From the NCBI GenBank assembly GCA_049512075.1, contig JBEKXL010000002.1, positions 128,001-192,000 of the forward strand: a stretch of 64,000 nucleotides of DNA. The letters are read 5' to 3'. Shown in pieces: positions 27,319 through 36,887 of this stretch. The position numbers and the translations under genes were made by a program. Position 1 is the stretch's first letter, and each line of letters opens with the position of its first letter. The DNA is from Candidatus Bathyarchaeia archaeon (lineage in GTDB: Archaea > Thermoproteota > Bathyarchaeia > Bathyarchaeales > Bathycorpusculaceae). The notes beneath the pieces are model-generated. The model did not search any database. It was not told the DNA's origin and was given only the letters and a program-made list of their open reading frames with translations.

Positions 27319-29268
27319 ATGAGCTGCCCAGAAAAAACCGAACTGGAAGAGCGTGAGCCCCGTGAAAGCAAGAGAGTCTGGATTCTTTTAGCATTGGCCT
27401 TTGGTCTAACCATGGTCATTTCAGGTTTGCTGGATCTCTTGCTGAAAGGAGTACCGCTTGGTTTTGTGATACCGTTGCTGAACGAACCTGCAATCGTATC
27501 GAGGGCAGTCTACTATGTTTCTGTCATCGCAGGGGGAGTGTATGTTGGCGTTCTGGGGTTGAAGGAGCTCATCATAGAGAAAAGGTTTTCTGTGGAGTTT
27601 CTCATGTCCCTTGCAGCCTTGGGCGCGGCCTATTTGGGTTTTCTCTTTGAAGCTACGACCGTGCTTTTTCTCTACTCGTTGGCGGAGTATTTCGAAGAAT
27701 ACATTCAAGATCGAGCGACAAGAACGGTTGAGGGGCTTTCGCGGTTCATGCCTGACAAGGCTTCAGTAATTGTCGATGGTTCTGAAAGAACGATTGATGT
27801 AAAAGCAGTCCGGCCGGGAATGACGATGATGGTAAGACCGGGCGAAAGAATTGCAATGGACGGCACTGTGGTTGAAGGCTATTCCTCTGTTGATCAGTCT
27901 CTTGTCACCGGGGAGTCCATTCCAGTTGTAAAGAGAACCGGCGACTGCGTTTACGCGGGCACTGTGAACTCGGGCGGCATCCTCAAAGTGGCTATCAACA
28001 AGGGCGCTGAAGATACGTTGGTGTCCAGAATCGTGAAGCTTGTCATTGAATCCAGAAAGAGAAAGGCGCACATTGAAAAGTTGGTTGATAGGTTCGCTCG
28101 TTTCTACGTCCCGGTTGTTATAGGTCTCGCAGCTTTCACGGCGCTCGGAATCCCAAGGTTGACCGGTGGAGCGTTCAGCACGTGGCTGTACAGGTCGTTG
28201 ATTCTCTTGGTGGTTTCTTGTCCCAGCGCCTTCGTTATTTCGGTTCCGGCAACCATCTTTGCAGCCGTGACCGTTGCCGCCCGGAAAGGAGTCCTAGTTA
28301 AGGGTGGAATCTGCATTGAAAAGCTGGCAAGAGTTAGGGCTATCGTCTTCGACAAGACTGGCACGTTGACTTTGGGCACGCCGGTGGTGAATGATGTTGA
28401 TTCTGTCGAAAAGTCTGATCAGCGAGCGTTGAAATATGCAGCCGCTTTGGAACAGTTCTCGAATCATCCGCTTGCTCAAACCATCGTCAGGAAGGCGAAG
28501 GAGCGCAATCTGGACTATAGTGACCTCAAGGTCGAGGAGGTGGAAGAGGTTCCGGGCAAGGGCATGGCCGGCTATGTTGACGGCGTTCACGTTGTGGTTG
28601 GCAACATGGAGCTCATGAAACAGCACGGTTGCAACTGCGAACAGATAAGCGAGAATTATGAGAGTGAGAAGCACACTGCGGTCTGCGTTTCGATGGACAA
28701 GACTGCTGTGGCCTCTTTCTGTGTCATGGATGAGGTTAGGGGGGACGCGGCTGAAGCGGTGAAAGCCTTGAAGAAGTCGGGGATTCACACGGTGATGTTG
28801 ACGGGGGACAAACGGGAAATAGCGGATGAGGTTGGGAGGAGACTTGAGATTGATGAGGTGCATTCTGAGCTCTTTCCTGAAGACAAGCTGAGGATTCTTG
28901 GTCAAATCAAGGCGGAGTATGGGACTGTTTCGATGGTGGGCGACGGTGTTAATGATGCTCCGGCTCTCGCTGCGTCGGACGTGGGAATCGCGATGGGAGG
29001 CAGCAGAGTGGACGTTGCCTTGGAGTCGGCCGACATCGTGCTGGTCAAGAACGAGTTGTCTCAGATTCCCTACCTGGTTAGGCTCAGCGGCGAGACCGTG
29101 AAAATTGCTAAACAGAACATAATGGCGTCGTTAGCCGTCAAAATCGTTCTCGGCGCCCTCGGGCTCTTCGGGTTTGTTCCGCTATGGTTCACCGTGGCCT
29201 CGGGCGACGACGGCGTGACCATGCTTCTGCTCCTGAACACTCTGCGTCTGGCACAAGTGAAGATTTAG
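27319..29268 (+). CDS. heavy-metal translocating P1B-type ATPase
   Basis: TGES, SCPSA, FDKTGTLT, SNHP, MLTGD and MVGDGVNDAPALA. Confidence 0.95.
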   Translation: MSCPEKTELEEREPRESKRVWILLALAFGLTMVISGLLDLLLKGVPLGFVIPLLNEPAIVSRAVYYVSVIAGGVYVGVLGLKELIIEKRFSVEFLMSLAALGAAYLGFLFEATTVLFLYSLAEYFEEYIQDRATRTVEGLSRFMPDKASVIVDGSERTIDVKAVRPGMTMMVRPGERIAMDGTVVEGYSSVDQSLVTGESIPVVKRTGDCVYAGTVNSGGILKVAINKGAEDTLVSRIVKLVIESRKRKAHIEKLVDRFARFYVPVVIGLAAFTALGIPRLTGGAFSTWLYRSLILLVVSCPSAFVISVPATIFAAVTVAARKGVLVKGGICIEKLARVRAIVFDKTGTLTLGTPVVNDVDSVEKSDQRALKYAAALEQFSNHPLAQTIVRKAKERNLDYSDLKVEEVEEVPGKGMAGYVDGVHVVVGNMELMKQHGCNCEQISENYESEKHTAVCVSMDKTAVASFCVMDEVRGDAAEAVKALKKSGIHTVMLTGDKREIADEVGRRLEIDEVHSELFPEDKLRILGQIKAEYGTVSMVGDGVNDAPALAASDVGIAMGGSRVDVALESADIVLVKNELSQIPYLVRLSGETVKIAKQNIMASLAVKIVLGALGLFGFVPLWFTVASGDDGVTMLLLLNTLRLAQVKI

Positions 29269-29417
29269 CACGTGTCATCTCGGCTCGTAGTCCCAAGAGG
29301 TTAGTGTCCAAGGTTGTGAGGAGTACTTCGACAAAACTCTGTGACCTAGATAAGCCTCGAAGTTGCCTCCCTTTTTGTTTATTTACGTTTTTTGCAATGT
29401 TGATTTGTAAAATTGTA

Positions 29418-29615
29418 ATGTTGTGTTTTTGGCCCCCCTCTTTTTGTTTGTAATGTCAGAGGTAATGTGGATTGTAACAAACCATGAAGAAAACAGGCCT
29501 GGACCTCCCTCCAGAGCTAATCCGTTCCGTTTATTTGTAACGTCAGATGTAGTGTTGCTTTGTAACGTTTCTTTGTCGGCCTCTTACCGTTTCTTGGTTA
29601 CGTCGGATGTAGTCT
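29418..29615 (+). repeat. longest copy of the dispersed non-coding repeat, with three GTAACGTCAGATGTA-like units
   Basis: units near 29450, 29537 and 29597; homologous to 26556-26617 and 50085-50200. Confidence 0.75.
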
Positions 29616-29671
29616 GCAATCGTAATCTGTGGTGAGAAACCCTGAAAAGGTGGACAGGTGCACCGTGCGGA

Positions 29672-29745
29672 TGCGGTCGCCGGGATTTGAACCCGGGTCG
29701 TCGGCGTGGGAGGCCGATGTCCTAGCCAGGCTGGACTACGACCGC
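29672..29745 (-). tRNA. tRNA-Gly(CCC)
   Basis: GCGGTCGTAGTCCAGCCTGG...TCGGC-CTCCCAC-GCCGA...GGTTCAAATCCCGGCGACCGCA. Confidence 0.95.
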
Positions 29746-29804
29746 ACAATGTCTTGGAAGCTGACAAGATGGAAAATGGGTTTGAACTTTTATTTAGCTT
29801 TCTC

Positions 29805-31547
29805 TTATACAAGGTTATAGACGGCAGAATCGGCAGACTGGCTCAGAATCGCTTCTCTCTTTTCGGAGGCTTCTTTTGGCCGCGAATACATTCTTTTTGA
29901 GAAGTAAACTGTAGCTACTATGAGAACTGCTGTGCCGGCCGCGAAGATGTACATTAGGCTGCGTACGTTCTGCAGATTCTGGTTGTCGCCTGACAGGTGC
30001 TGTTGATAAGAAGCGTTCAAATCCTGATAGCTTTGTTGAAGCTGACTGTAGTTTCCTAACAGATTGGCGTAGCTGTTGAGGAGTGCGTTGTAGGTGCTGT
30101 TTAGGTTGTAGAAGCTTTTTATGATGGGCAGTTGGGCAGTGTAGTTGCTGAGGAGTTCATAATAGGTTGCGTTCAACGCTAGGAAATTGCTTAGAAGCTG
30201 ATTATACAGATCCAGAGTTCTCGAAGAGATTATCAGAACTGTCTGATTGCTGTGCGAGTAAGTGAAATACAAGTAGCGAAATGCGGCGTCTTGGCTGCTC
30301 ACCCAAGTCGGAGCAATTTCTCTATCGCCAACGAGTACCATAACCGAAGTGTTCATTAACCCCGTTGGAATCGCAACCCGCGAAAAACCAACAGTGCCTT
30401 CTACACCGGCGACATTAAACAGTATTATTCTGTTTCCCGTTTCTATCCCAATTTCAAATTCGAAGCCAGAGACTGTAGAATTGCTGACAACTGAGATTTG
30501 GTAGGTTTCACCGACAAAGGTTGCAGTGGAGCTGGAGAATTTTCCCATTAGAGGATGATTGTCTCGGTTGTTTGGAGCTACGGTGTAGCTCTCGATGCCT
30601 ATTCCGTCTCCGCGATTATGTCCCGTATAGTTGCTCCAGTAGTTCCCTTCACCGCCGAAGTCCCATATGTTGGAAGGCGAAGTGCTGCTAACCTGAAATG
30701 CGTCGAAAAAGTTATTGTCGTAGAAGATATTTTGATAGCAATACAGCGAAATAGTCTCCCCTGCAGGATAATTATCATCAAGAGTGTTGTCCGAAAACAC
30801 GTTGCCCCCAGAAGAGTACAGATAAAGCCCTCCGTAGGCACCATAGTTGTTTGAAATCGCGTTTGCTGAAAACATGTTGTTGCTCGAAGCGATAAGGGCA
30901 ATCCCGCCCTGGGAATTCCCTGTTATCACATTATCCGAGATTGCGTTGCCGCTTGAGGATGAGAGGGTGATTCCCTGTTGATTGTTCGTTATTGTGCTGT
31001 CCGAGATTGTGTTGTTGCTTGAGGATGAGAGGGTGATTCCCTGTTGATTGTTCGTTATTGTGCTGTCCGAGATTGTGTTGTTGCTTGAGGATGACAGATT
31101 CATTCCCTGTTGACAATTACTCACCGTGTTTCTATCTATCGTACTTCCTTTCGAAAGCGTCACACTTATTCCGCTGTTGGGGTTTAGGTTAAGGGCGCTT
31201 TGAATCGTGAAGCCTTCGACTGTAACGTTGTCAGCCGTTATGCTGATGACGAACTGGCTATTCTGTCCGTTTATGATTGTCTGATTTGGGTCTTCGCCGA
31301 TTAGAGAAATGCTTTTGTTGATCTGCAAGCTTTCGTTGTACATCCCTGCACTCACAAGGATGGTGTCTCCCGCCGTTGCGTTGTTGATGGCTGCCTGAAT
31401 CGACTCAGACGGGCTCACTGTTACACTTGTCGAGCCTGCCTTTGCAGACAATTCGAATCTCGAGGGTAATGCCAAGAGCAAGCAGAAGACAATACAAAGA
31501 ACTGAAACGATTTTTTTCAATCTGAACGATTTCTTCTCGTTGCGCAT
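29805..31547 (-). CDS. NosD/CASH right-handed beta-helix surface protein with C-terminal membrane anchor
   Basis: SIQAAINNATAGDTILVSAG, SSSNNTISDSTITNN repeats (66-bp near-perfect tandem at ~30950-31110), GNYWSNY and TM helix; start taken at MRNEKK. Confidence 0.85.
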   Translation of the reverse strand: MRNEKKSFRLKKIVSVLCIVFCLLLALPSRFELSAKAGSTSVTVSPSESIQAAINNATAGDTILVSAGMYNESLQINKSISLIGEDPNQTIINGQNSQFVISITADNVTVEGFTIQSALNLNPNSGISVTLSKGSTIDRNTVSNCQQGMNLSSSSNNTISDSTITNNQQGITLSSSSNNTISDSTITNNQQGITLSSSSGNAISDNVITGNSQGGIALIASSNNMFSANAISNNYGAYGGLYLYSSGGNVFSDNTLDDNYPAGETISLYCYQNIFYDNNFFDAFQVSSTSPSNIWDFGGEGNYWSNYTGHNRGDGIGIESYTVAPNNRDNHPLMGKFSSSTATFVGETYQISVVSNSTVSGFEFEIGIETGNRIILFNVAGVEGTVGFSRVAIPTGLMNTSVMVLVGDREIAPTWVSSQDAAFRYLYFTYSHSNQTVLIISSRTLDLYNQLLSNFLALNATYYELLSNYTAQLPIIKSFYNLNSTYNALLNSYANLLGNYSQLQQSYQDLNASYQQHLSGDNQNLQNVRSLMYIFAAGTAVLIVATVYFSKRMYSRPKEASEKREAILSQSADSAVYNLV

Positions 31548-31552
31548 ACAAA

Positions 31553-32197
31553 TCACCTTGCATCTGGTTGGGCACGCAGGTCTAGTCTTGACAGCATCCT
31601 TCCGAGAGCAACAGAACCTGCTATTGCGATCGAAAAAGCAGACACAAAAACTATCGCACTGATAGCCGGCTGCATAACCTCCCAAACAATAGCCGCGTAC
31701 GATCCGACAACTGCCAACACAAGAGTAAACGTGTAAACCCTGACCTTGACACTACCGAGTTTGCCCGACCCTTCCTGAAGCTGACTTAGCGCCGAGTTCA
31801 GCAGGTTCTGCGCCTGTTCAATCTGTTCGTCCGTTGCCAAAGCCGCCATGTTCTTGTCGATGTCTTGGAATTTGAAGCTTAAAAGAGCGTATTTCTGCAG
31901 TTCCCAAGGTTTCTTCTTTGGCAGGATCTTGACTATGCCGCTCTTCTCCATTTTCTTCAATATTGTCTGGATTTTCCGTACAAGCTGAACGTCCGCTGTT
32001 TTCTCCTCTCCATACAACCTCTGTATGATGTCTTTAACATCTGGGAAACACAGTTCCAGCTGAAAGGAAGCTATTGCCTTGGCGAGACCGAACTGGTGTT
32101 CGCCCTCACGCAAGCGTATACTGCTCAATTTATAATCCGCTTTAAGGGCCTCTTGTAAGAACTCTGTCTCGCTTGGCGTCAATCTGGGCTCTGACAA
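31553..32197 (-). CDS. conserved hypothetical protein with wHTH-like N-terminus and two C-terminal TM helices
   Basis: long ORF with typical composition. Confidence 0.65.
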   Translation of the reverse strand: MSEPRLTPSETEFLQEALKADYKLSSIRLREGEHQFGLAKAIASFQLELCFPDVKDIIQRLYGEEKTADVQLVRKIQTILKKMEKSGIVKILPKKKPWELQKYALLSFKFQDIDKNMAALATDEQIEQAQNLLNSALSQLQEGSGKLGSVKVRVYTFTLVLAVVGSYAAIVWEVMQPAISAIVFVSAFSIAIAGSVALGRMLSRLDLRAQPDAR

Positions 32198-32318
32198 GCT
32201 GGTCGCCTATTCAATACTTTCAGTTGAAACAATATAATAAATGCTTCGTGGCCTGAATACATATTTTCAATAGTTCTGAGCTTCCCAAGGTTCAATTTCA
32301 ATTCATTCAACGGAAACA

Positions 32319-32711
32319 ATGCGTAATATTGTCAACGAACCTATGTATATTACGGTGCAGAGTATGGCAAACCGTGTTAGAACCGTGGATATGCTGTGCC
32401 TGCCGCCAGGCAAAAAGTATAATCTGAGCAGCCTGCAACCTCTGCACAAGAAATACAGAAGCCACTTCGAGATCATTGGCTTGGTACTTGAAGCCGTAAA
32501 GGCTGACAGTGCCACTCCCTTCTCCATCATGAAACACGCAAACGTCAACTTCATGCAACTCAAGAAATACCTAAAGTCTCTAACTGAAATAGGCTTCCTT
32601 GAAGTTGAAATCAAGAGAAGCACTATTTCCTACAGAGCAAGCAAGGAAGGTCTTGAATTCCTAAAACAGTATTATACTCTGATTGAGATGCTGTTGACCG
32701 CTCGGATCTGA
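32319..32711 (+). CDS. winged-HTH transcription regulator
   Basis: YRSHFEII...IMKHANVNFMQLKKYL...SKEGLEFL. Confidence 0.75.
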   Translation: MRNIVNEPMYITVQSMANRVRTVDMLCLPPGKKYNLSSLQPLHKKYRSHFEIIGLVLEAVKADSATPFSIMKHANVNFMQLKKYLKSLTEIGFLEVEIKRSTISYRASKEGLEFLKQYYTLIEMLLTARI

Positions 32712-32949
32712 AGAGAAGAAAGCCTTGCAACGAACAACGTTGCTTGACTAACATGTGACCTTCGGCACAGAATTCTATCGAGTCAAACTGCGCACGTTTT
32801 TTCGATGTTCAATGCCTCCTTAAGAATTTGATTCGTTAGCGCGCCGTGGCTTTGGGCCGTCGTGAGGCGGCGGATCATGATTTTCTGTCGGCACAAGATT
32901 ATTAAACACACCTTTTTCACTAAATAACATCTGCCTCAACTAAGGAGGA

Positions 32950-33150
32950 ATGTTGTTGCCCCGAAAATTTACTTACTCAAATGCCGGTGTCGACAGGGAG
33001 TTAAGAGCTCATTCTAAGAAGGCACTGGGTTATCTTAAGAAAACCTACGGTTACAGCCATTACGGCAAACTCGTCGATCTTCCATATGGGAAGATTTTTC
33101 CAGGGATAGACTGCTACTTTGGCTTGGTCATTGAAGGTGTGGGCACAAAG
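32950..33150 (+). pseudogene. purM: N-terminal fragment of the native AIR synthetase
   Basis: TYSNAGVD...IEGVGTK; homology stops where an inverted-repeat element starts at 33151. Confidence 0.82.
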
Positions 33151-33312
33151 GGATTAGACCCCGAACGAGACTGTGTGAAAACTCGGGTCGCTTTCAGAAA
33201 ATTGCTTGTTTTATGTGTAAAAGGCTGACCTTGGGACGTGTTCTATACATGTAGAGCGCAATTTCTTGAAACAAATTTGACTTTTCACACAGTCTCGAAT
33301 GGGGTCAAGTCC
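33151..33312. mobile_element. MITE-like element
   Basis: perfect 16-bp IR CGAGACTGTGTGAAAA (33166-33181 / 33282-33297) inside a 10/12 outer IR (33151-33162 / 33301-33312). Confidence 0.75.
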
Positions 33313-33409
33313 AACTGTCAAATTCTTCAGCGCTCGCGCCGACAATTTCATCCTTGTCCCCAAAAATCCTTCCATTTTATAAAGATATCAAACGAATAGA
33401 CAATTGAAA

Positions 33410-33891
33410 GCGCGCTGCCTTGTCCCTAAAATGGTTAAAAATGGTTATAAGTCCGTTTTTGCTTGTCTGAGCCTGAAATGGACTTCTTTGACGAACGCGT
33501 TTTATGCAGCGCTTAAGGACGGCAAACCCAGAAGCTTCACAGTGCTTCTGAGCGAAGTGGGGTTTAGCCACAACACTTTGCAGCAGCATCTCAAGCGTCT
33601 AACGGCTCAAGGTCTCATTGTCAGGGAGAAAGCAACCGCGAACAGTTTCGGAAGACCCAAATTTGCCTATCATGTGCCATCCAAGACCACGAAACAGGTC
33701 ACCGTCGCCCTCCAACATCCACGCGTTGAGCTCGTGGCCCTCCCGTTTAGTCGCTTAAGGCACGTTTGCAGGTTTGAGAAGGGCGGTTACTGCAAAGAAA
33801 GAAGGAGGGGCTGTGCGCCTCAAAACTGCCCCCAAACCCGAAAATAGGAATTATGACCATTTTACACCAATTTCGGGACAAGCCAGCGCGC
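33410..33891. mobile_element. TIR element copy B, flanked by GCGCGC
   Basis: same inverted ends as 10698-11000. Confidence 0.8.
33478..33847 (+). pseudogene. wHTH protein with C-terminal Cys4 cluster, apparent +1 frameshift after codon 9
   Basis: ATG 33478 gives MDFFDERVL then an early stop; the shifted frame gives AALKDGKPRSF...FSHNTLQQHL...GRPKFAY...CRFEKGGYC...CAPQNCP. Confidence 0.65.
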
Positions 33892-34049
33892 TATGCAGAT
33901 CTGGAATCAGCACATTTGGCATTCAGGATCCTCGCCTTCCTATATATTTCGACATATGTTCGGAGTGATCAGAGGGTTTTTTGCCATTCACCTAACCACG
34001 ACGTTGAGAGGCAGGATCGAATTGCACATATGCCGTGCCCCTTTCGAGA

Positions 34050-35153
34050 TTATGCAAAATAGAATTTCCCCCTTTTCGGATCTCCGATGATGTTCAAGGG
34101 CTTTAATACAATCTTCTTCTCGGGGTCTTTTCTGGCATATCCCAAAACAAATGCTTTCTTATGATGTTTTTCTATTAGTTGAACGGCATCATCGATCTCT
34201 TGACGCGGAAGGACCACACAGAGCCCAATTCCCATGTTGAACACTCGATACATCTCAGGGAGATCCAATCCTTTCATGTATTGCATCATTAACTCGAAAA
34301 TGGAATGCGGTTGCGGTAACTGTTCGATGACATAACCGATATTTTCTCCCATACGTGCCAGGTTTAGTAGTCCATCACTTGTTATGTGGGCTACATTCTT
34401 CAAATGTAATCCTGCTCGGACCAAATCCATGAATTCTTGCACGTAGATAGATGTCGGTTCTAATAATTCCTCGCCTAGTGTTCTTCCCAGCTTATCAAAG
34501 TACATATGAACATCAAAGTTCATATGTTTGAAGAAAACGTTTCTGGCCAACGACATCCCATTCGTATGGATGCCAGAGCTTGCAATCCCAATAACAGCGT
34601 CATCAGGCTCTATCAAGTGACCATCGATTATCTTGTCTGGGTGCACTATTCCTACTCCAAGACCTAATAGATCAAAACCATAATGAGGTCGCGCTCCGTT
34701 TATCATATCGGGCAATTGGGCTATCTCGCCACCAACTATGTTGACTCTTGCCATTTTTGCACCGGTTCTCAGACCCTTAGTTATCTCTTCTAATAATGAG
34801 GGATTTGCCTCCTGAACACCTAGATAGTCGACCAACGAGAGGGGCTCTGCTCCAGTGCAAATTATATCGTTGACAATCTGTGCGACACAGTCTATTCCAA
34901 TTGTGTCATACTTGTTCATCATTTGCGCAATGAAAACCTTCGTTCCAACACCATCAGTCTTCAAAGTCAACCCAATATTCTCAGATATCCTTATCATTCC
35001 TGCATAGTGTCCTATCGGGATCAAACACTCTCCGACACCTTTTCGGTATCCGAAGGTATCCTCAAGAATAGGAATCATGCGCTTCAGAGCTATCTCTTCT
35101 GTTTTGTCGTCAACACCGGACACTGTATACATAGCGGGATTGTCACTCTGCAT
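34050..35153 (-). CDS. purM: phosphoribosylformylglycinamidine cyclo-ligase (AIR synthetase), second and intact copy
   Basis: YTVSGVD, TDGVGTK, GIDCVA, VND, GGEIA, SSGIHTNG, LLEPTSIY, HIT and FNMGIG. Confidence 0.92.
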   Translation of the reverse strand: MQSDNPAMYTVSGVDDKTEEIALKRMIPILEDTFGYRKGVGECLIPIGHYAGMIRISENIGLTLKTDGVGTKVFIAQMMNKYDTIGIDCVAQIVNDIICTGAEPLSLVDYLGVQEANPSLLEEITKGLRTGAKMARVNIVGGEIAQLPDMINGARPHYGFDLLGLGVGIVHPDKIIDGHLIEPDDAVIGIASSGIHTNGMSLARNVFFKHMNFDVHMYFDKLGRTLGEELLEPTSIYVQEFMDLVRAGLHLKNVAHITSDGLLNLARMGENIGYVIEQLPQPHSIFELMMQYMKGLDLPEMYRVFNMGIGLCVVLPRQEIDDAVQLIEKHHKKAFVLGYARKDPEKKIVLKPLNIIGDPKRGKFYFA

Positions 35154-35434
35154 TTTCTATTCCCTCACTTCTTCCTTGGAAGCTCGATTTTCGAGGGATC
35201 TAGTACTTAAGCTCTACTCTTTAATATCTCTTCCAGTTTGCTTTTTTGCCCTCAGTTAATAACATGACAGCACAGCGCGCTCTCTCAAATTAACTAGCAA
35301 GCACTTCAGATTCTCCTTAACAGTCATCACCAACTTTCCATGTACACAAACTTGGAAAGCCTTAAGTTGCAGCAACATGAGTTTAGAAATAATAGTGAAT
35401 TAATGATAACCCGGAAACTCAATGGGGAGAAGTC

Positions 35435-36826
35435 ATGTCCGACCTTGAGTATTTTGTAGGTTCTGCACAATTTGCGGCTCTCGAACCATCTTGGGCAGGC
35501 ATTCAAAGCGAACGGCGACTTCGTGGTTTGTTGATCTTGGGGGCTCTTTTCAACAAGGTTCTCTATATTCACGATACGCAGATTGCTGACAACCCTTACT
35601 TGCTTGATTCGTACAGACGGAGACAGGAAAGTTTCAACAATCTTTTCGATATTATTACGAAATTGGTCGAAAATAATGTCGTGCGTGTTGGACTACGTGA
35701 CTTTACCTACATCGCTAAGACAGGCCAAAATGTTCAATGCGATTCCCTTTCCGATGTCTTTTCTTCGTGGGTATATCAAGACATGGAAAGAGCTTGGGTC
35801 GTACCACCTCGTGCAAAAGACAGGGTATATCTCTTAAAAGATTTCGATGAGATTCTAGGCCATTCCAATGTACTGCGCTATCCCTACACAGCCGTCAAGA
35901 AGGAATTCATGCGCAGAACGCGCAATGCTCTGGATCCCTCTAAGAATCCGACTCATCATCATGAGTTTGAAAAATTGCCTGCAAGTCTCCGAAAGAAGTA
36001 TGCAAGCATTGTCAAACGTGATTGGTTTTCTCATTCTGACATATTTGAGCTCCTGCGGAAGTCTAATATGAGCCTATCAAGCCCCTTCGTGCAGGCTCAT
36101 GGGCTCTTTGACGAAAGCGCATACGCTCACTGGAACCGGTCGCGCTTGCTAGGCTGCAATGCATCTACATGGAATGCAGAAGAGATGGTGACAGGATATG
36201 AGAAATCAGGGAGTAGGATGTCGTTTGGATCGATGACGCATGCATCGTTGCAGAAATATGCTCTTCGGACGCTGAACGGGGCTGGTTTGTCACTCATTGC
36301 AACCCTGACTCCAAGTGAGATATTGGTGCTAAGGGAAAAAGCTCAGACGCTTTTTCAGACAGTCGAGTTCATCGACGATTGCAATTCATTGAGTGACATT
36401 TCTGAACTGCGAGACAACTACGTCGAAAGCGTTGCAGATTACTGGGGTGATATATGTTCGTATCTTGTCAAGACTAGACCTTCGTTCACCCAAAGGCGCA
36501 CTAGAATTGGGATATTCGCTAGGGACAAGCTTCCGAGGATTCCCCGATGGTTGGGAAAGGTGGTCTCACTTTCAATTAATCTTGGACTTGACTTTTCAAA
36601 ATTGCCGGTTGTGAACGAATTGAACAGAAAGGAAAGGCGACAGCTATTTGACAATTTGTCACTAAGATTTCTCTTCTTTGCGGACACGTCAGCGGTTACG
36701 CGTCTAAAAACTATGTTTCCGAAGAGGAATTGGATGTCGAGATACTATGAAGATGCTCATGGGACTGAAAATTGCGTGAGTGGAAGATGCTCCAGTGGCC
36801 CAAGTTATGCAGCATTTCGATTGTAG
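35435..36826 (+). CDS. hypothetical protein (463 aa)
   Basis: long ORF, no motif recognised. Confidence 0.7.
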   Translation: MSDLEYFVGSAQFAALEPSWAGIQSERRLRGLLILGALFNKVLYIHDTQIADNPYLLDSYRRRQESFNNLFDIITKLVENNVVRVGLRDFTYIAKTGQNVQCDSLSDVFSSWVYQDMERAWVVPPRAKDRVYLLKDFDEILGHSNVLRYPYTAVKKEFMRRTRNALDPSKNPTHHHEFEKLPASLRKKYASIVKRDWFSHSDIFELLRKSNMSLSSPFVQAHGLFDESAYAHWNRSRLLGCNASTWNAEEMVTGYEKSGSRMSFGSMTHASLQKYALRTLNGAGLSLIATLTPSEILVLREKAQTLFQTVEFIDDCNSLSDISELRDNYVESVADYWGDICSYLVKTRPSFTQRRTRIGIFARDKLPRIPRWLGKVVSLSINLGLDFSKLPVVNELNRKERRQLFDNLSLRFLFFADTSAVTRLKTMFPKRNWMSRYYEDAHGTENCVSGRCSSGPSYAAFRL

Positions 36827-36887
36827 CGATTGAAGACGTCGCAGGAGTGTGCGTATGAGGTATAAGTGTGTGTGAATAGTGACGTAG

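Noticed and set aside
29423-29635. Small ORFs here and at 50075-50269 with similar translations
   Set aside because: The similarity reflects the shared DNA repeat; starts and stops are not conserved, so they were not called as genes.
30950-31110. 66-bp near-perfect tandem repeat
   Set aside because: In-frame 22-aa beta-helix coil duplication within the NosD-like gene.
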